Below, piece by piece: positions 63,273 through 64,000 of a DNA stretch of 64,000 nt. Location: NCBI GenBank assembly GCA_977017645.1, contig OZ360245.1, positions 27,342,001 to 27,406,000 on the forward strand, given 5' to 3'. A model generated the notes under the pieces. The model was not told the DNA's origin. It saw only the letters and a program-made list of their open reading frames with translations, and ran no database searches. The position numbers and the translations under genes were made by a program. The stretch's first letter is position 1; each line of letters starts with the position of its first letter. Source of the DNA: Torpedo marmorata (lineage: Eukaryota).

Positions 63273-64000
63273 AATACAAGTTCCTTAAAACACAGTGCTT
63301 GCTTTATTTTCTAAATAGTAGCTGGACCATTTCAGCTTAGGTTGCTAATACCTTGGCCATGTTCCTGGTATTTAGAAGTTTTCTGTAATAGTGAACAATT
63401 CTTTTGGTAACAGAGATTGCAAAAAACAAGTTGCGGAAACAATTTTCCAGCAATTTTCCACTCTTCTTTCAGCAATGCATTCCAGATCATGATTTAATTT
63501 GTTTACAAGTGACCTCATCTTGCATCTGTTTCTTTTATTAATCATAAATCTACATTCTATGGTTAACGACATTGCTGCCAGTGGAAAAACATCACCAGTA
63601 TCTCCACATTACTGTGCTCCTCATCCAATATTTTCTCTATATTCCCTCCAGATTCATGATATTTTTTGTCAAGTATGATGTCCAAAAATGGATATAATAG
63701 TCAGACTGAGTCTTAAGCAGTGATTTACAGAAGCTAGGCATTATCCTTTTAACATATGTAGTACATGTTCATCTCTTAAGTCCCATACTTCAGCCATAAT
63801 AATTTAGCTAGATATCTTTAACAACTTTTTCATTGATTAATTCTGAATTGGGAGTCTCAAGCACAGAGAAGTTGCGTTGCATTCACTGGAGATGGTTCAT
63901 TAAATTTTCTTCCATGATATAAGCGACTTCTGGCACAGGGACTTGCCTCTTTTCTTCACCTAACACATCCCTTGTTGTAGATTTGGTACTGGGAAGACAA

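Noticed and set aside
63780-64000. Next upstream SUPT6H exon
   Set aside because: No frame matches the expected preceding SPT6 sequence

Overview
Vertebrate genomic DNA, most likely a cartilaginous fish (inferred from the repeat landscape: Rex/Babar and CR1 LINEs, Penelope-derived repeats, tRNA-SINEs). It holds two convergent (tail-to-tail) protein-coding genes. On +, a complete 4-exon gene (CDS 9162-15359, 636 aa) encodes a signal peptide, a furin site, an apparently intact group III secreted phospholipase A2 domain and a long Ser/Thr- and Lys/Arg-rich tail; its position next to SUPT6H identifies it as the PROCA1 orthologue rather than PLA2G3. On -, the last 29 coding exons of SUPT6H (59805 to 21092, 1385 aa, all splice phases consistent, one GC-AG intron); its 5' exons lie beyond the window. 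Introns and intergenic DNA are dense in transposons, including a near-complete DD35D pogo (POGK-like) element, a young 5'-truncated L1 and many MITEs. The most unusual details are a micro-L1 whose target-site duplication copied a SUPT6H splice donor, a 43-nt copy of SUPT6H exon sequence inside a nearby repeat, hammerhead-ribozyme-like cores in Penelope-derived repeats, and inverted LINE pairs bracketing exon blocks. I found no clearly new multi-gene system. All family assignments come from motif recognition, not database searches.
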